This document shows, in pieces, positions 62,561 to 64,000 of a stretch of DNA of 64,000 bases; position 1 is the stretch's first letter, and the number at the start of each line of letters is the position of its first letter. Below the pieces are notes generated by a model. It saw nothing but the letters and a program-made list of their open reading frames with translations, was not told where the DNA came from and ran no database searches. Position numbers and translations under genes: made by a program. This stretch comes from the human T2T-CHM13v2.0 reference genome, Homo sapiens, in the NCBI RefSeq assembly GCF_009914755.1, contig NC_060926.1. One strand, written 5' to 3'.

Positions 62561-63129
62561 AATTTTATTAGATTTAGATTTATATCCATATGTGGCTAGT
62601 GACTACCATTTTGAATAGCATAGCTTGAGAGGTACTTTTCACTTCCTGAGGACCATAGACCAAGAGAAAGTGCACAGAAAATTGCAGCCAAAAGTTTAAG
62701 GGGTTAAGTATGCCCTCCGCAAACATATCTTGCTGGGACAGGAGTCCAGGACCTGCCAAGGAGAGGGGCCTAGTAATCACCCAATACTTCTGATACTTTC
62801 TGGAGGACTACACCCTAGGAATAGGGGAGAACTGGAAATAGGAGAGTCTTTTTGAAACTTGAAACCGCTCAATCCCTGATCAGATGACAGTGACTTCACT
62901 ACTCAGAGAATAAAATGGCAAAGAGAGTGGAGATTATTTGCCACACGGGTAACTAGCAAAGGATAATTTCCATATCACAGTACTGCAAATTAAACCACAA
63001 GGAGATGTTGCTACGTACACAGCAGAATGAGCAAAATTTTAAAAAAGACCCTCAATGGCAATTACACAGGTGTTCTCTTTAGAAAAATGTCTAGCCTTAT
63101 ACATTATTTGTAGTTTTCTGTATTTATGC

Positions 63130-63593
63130 CATATTATTTTTCTATGCTGCCATAATAAATTACCACGAACTTGGTGACCTAACACAAATTTATCCTCTTA
63201 CAGTTCTGTAGGTCAGAAACCAAAATGGACCTGACTGAGCTAAAATTCAGTTGTCAGCAAATAAATGTGTTCCTTCTGATGTTCTAGGAGAGAACCCACT
63301 TCCTTACCTTTTCCAGCTTCTAGAGGGTGCCCACACTACTTGTCTCAAGGCCCCTTTCTCTATCTTCAAAGACAGCAACAATCTGACAATTCTATAGCAT
63401 CCTGACCACAGCCAGAAAGATCTGCTACCTTTAAGGACTGGACACACCTGGATAATTCAGGATAGCTTTGCCATCTAAAAGTCCTTAGTTTAATCAAACC
63501 TGCAAAGCCCCTTTTGCCAGGTAAGGTAACATCTTCATAGGTTCAGGAATTAGGACATGGACACTTTGGGAGGCCATTATTCTACCTACCACA
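63130..63593 (-). mobile_element. MaLR LTR, MLT1C/D-like
   Basis: gctgccataataaattaccac..ttacagttctgtaggtcagaa...ggccattattctacctaccaca. Confidence 0.8.
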
Positions 63594-63649
63594 TGTGCTA
63601 TACTTCAGAATAAAAATATAATAAAGTAATACGCATACTTGACTATTCA

Positions 63650-64000
63650 AAGTCCGGTTAAGATTATCCTCATCCAACACCTGAACAATTCAGATCCTCT
63701 GGTCATTTTAACTCTGATGCTAAAACTACCTTCTTACTATTGTTCACCTTGCTTTTAATACTTCCCATACTTTTTCATTATTATTAATTTATACACTGAA
63801 TGCTTTATATTTTTCTCATATTTACTGTTTCCTAAGTATGATTATTTTTTCCCCACTCTTTATCATTCCCTCTTATATCTCACTACTTTCTTTTTGTATA
63901 TAATTTCCTTCTTCATGAAGTACATCCTTGAATAATTCTTTCAGGATGGGTCTGTAAATGATAAACTCTCTGTTTTCACTTATCTTTAAAAAGTCTTTTT
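63650..64000 (-). mobile_element. Old L1M fragment
   Basis: T-rich; ataaactctctgttttcacttatctttaaaaagtcttt resembles the reverse of L1 ORF1-region sequence. Confidence 0.5.

Overview
Primate (most likely human) intragenic DNA with no prokaryotic features. It holds ten internal coding exons of NBAS (neuroblastoma amplified sequence; NRZ ER-tethering complex subunit and NMD factor) on the minus strand. All ten have GT-AG boundaries and join phase-consistently into one 1242-nt frame (414 codons, LQQKIIPDQ...SKAVQE). From recalled reference numbering these are exons 26-35, about aa 980-1393, mostly the Sec39-like region. The introns contain L1, L2, MIR, about 23 Alu/FLAM copies, ERV1/MaLR/ERVL LTRs, Tigger/MER DNA transposons and a processed RPS26 pseudogene. 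Apart from decayed L1 ORF2 pieces and partial NBAS exon overlaps, the ORF track is noise. I find no evidence of a wholly new gene system. The best leads are splicing-level: exon 33 recreates an authentic-type 5' splice site at its first base (candidate recursive/re-splicing exon), and there are stop-generating cryptic exon/donor candidates in a gene that itself acts in NMD (a possible feedback loop; inference only). Other leads are small insertion fossils: a 24-nt polyadenylated retro-insert with a 15-bp TSD, a ~200-bp templated local insertion, poly(A)-only inserts, and a duplicated L1 inversion junction. Repeat subfamily names come from memory of consensus sequences, and repeat boundaries are approximate unless a TSD is given.
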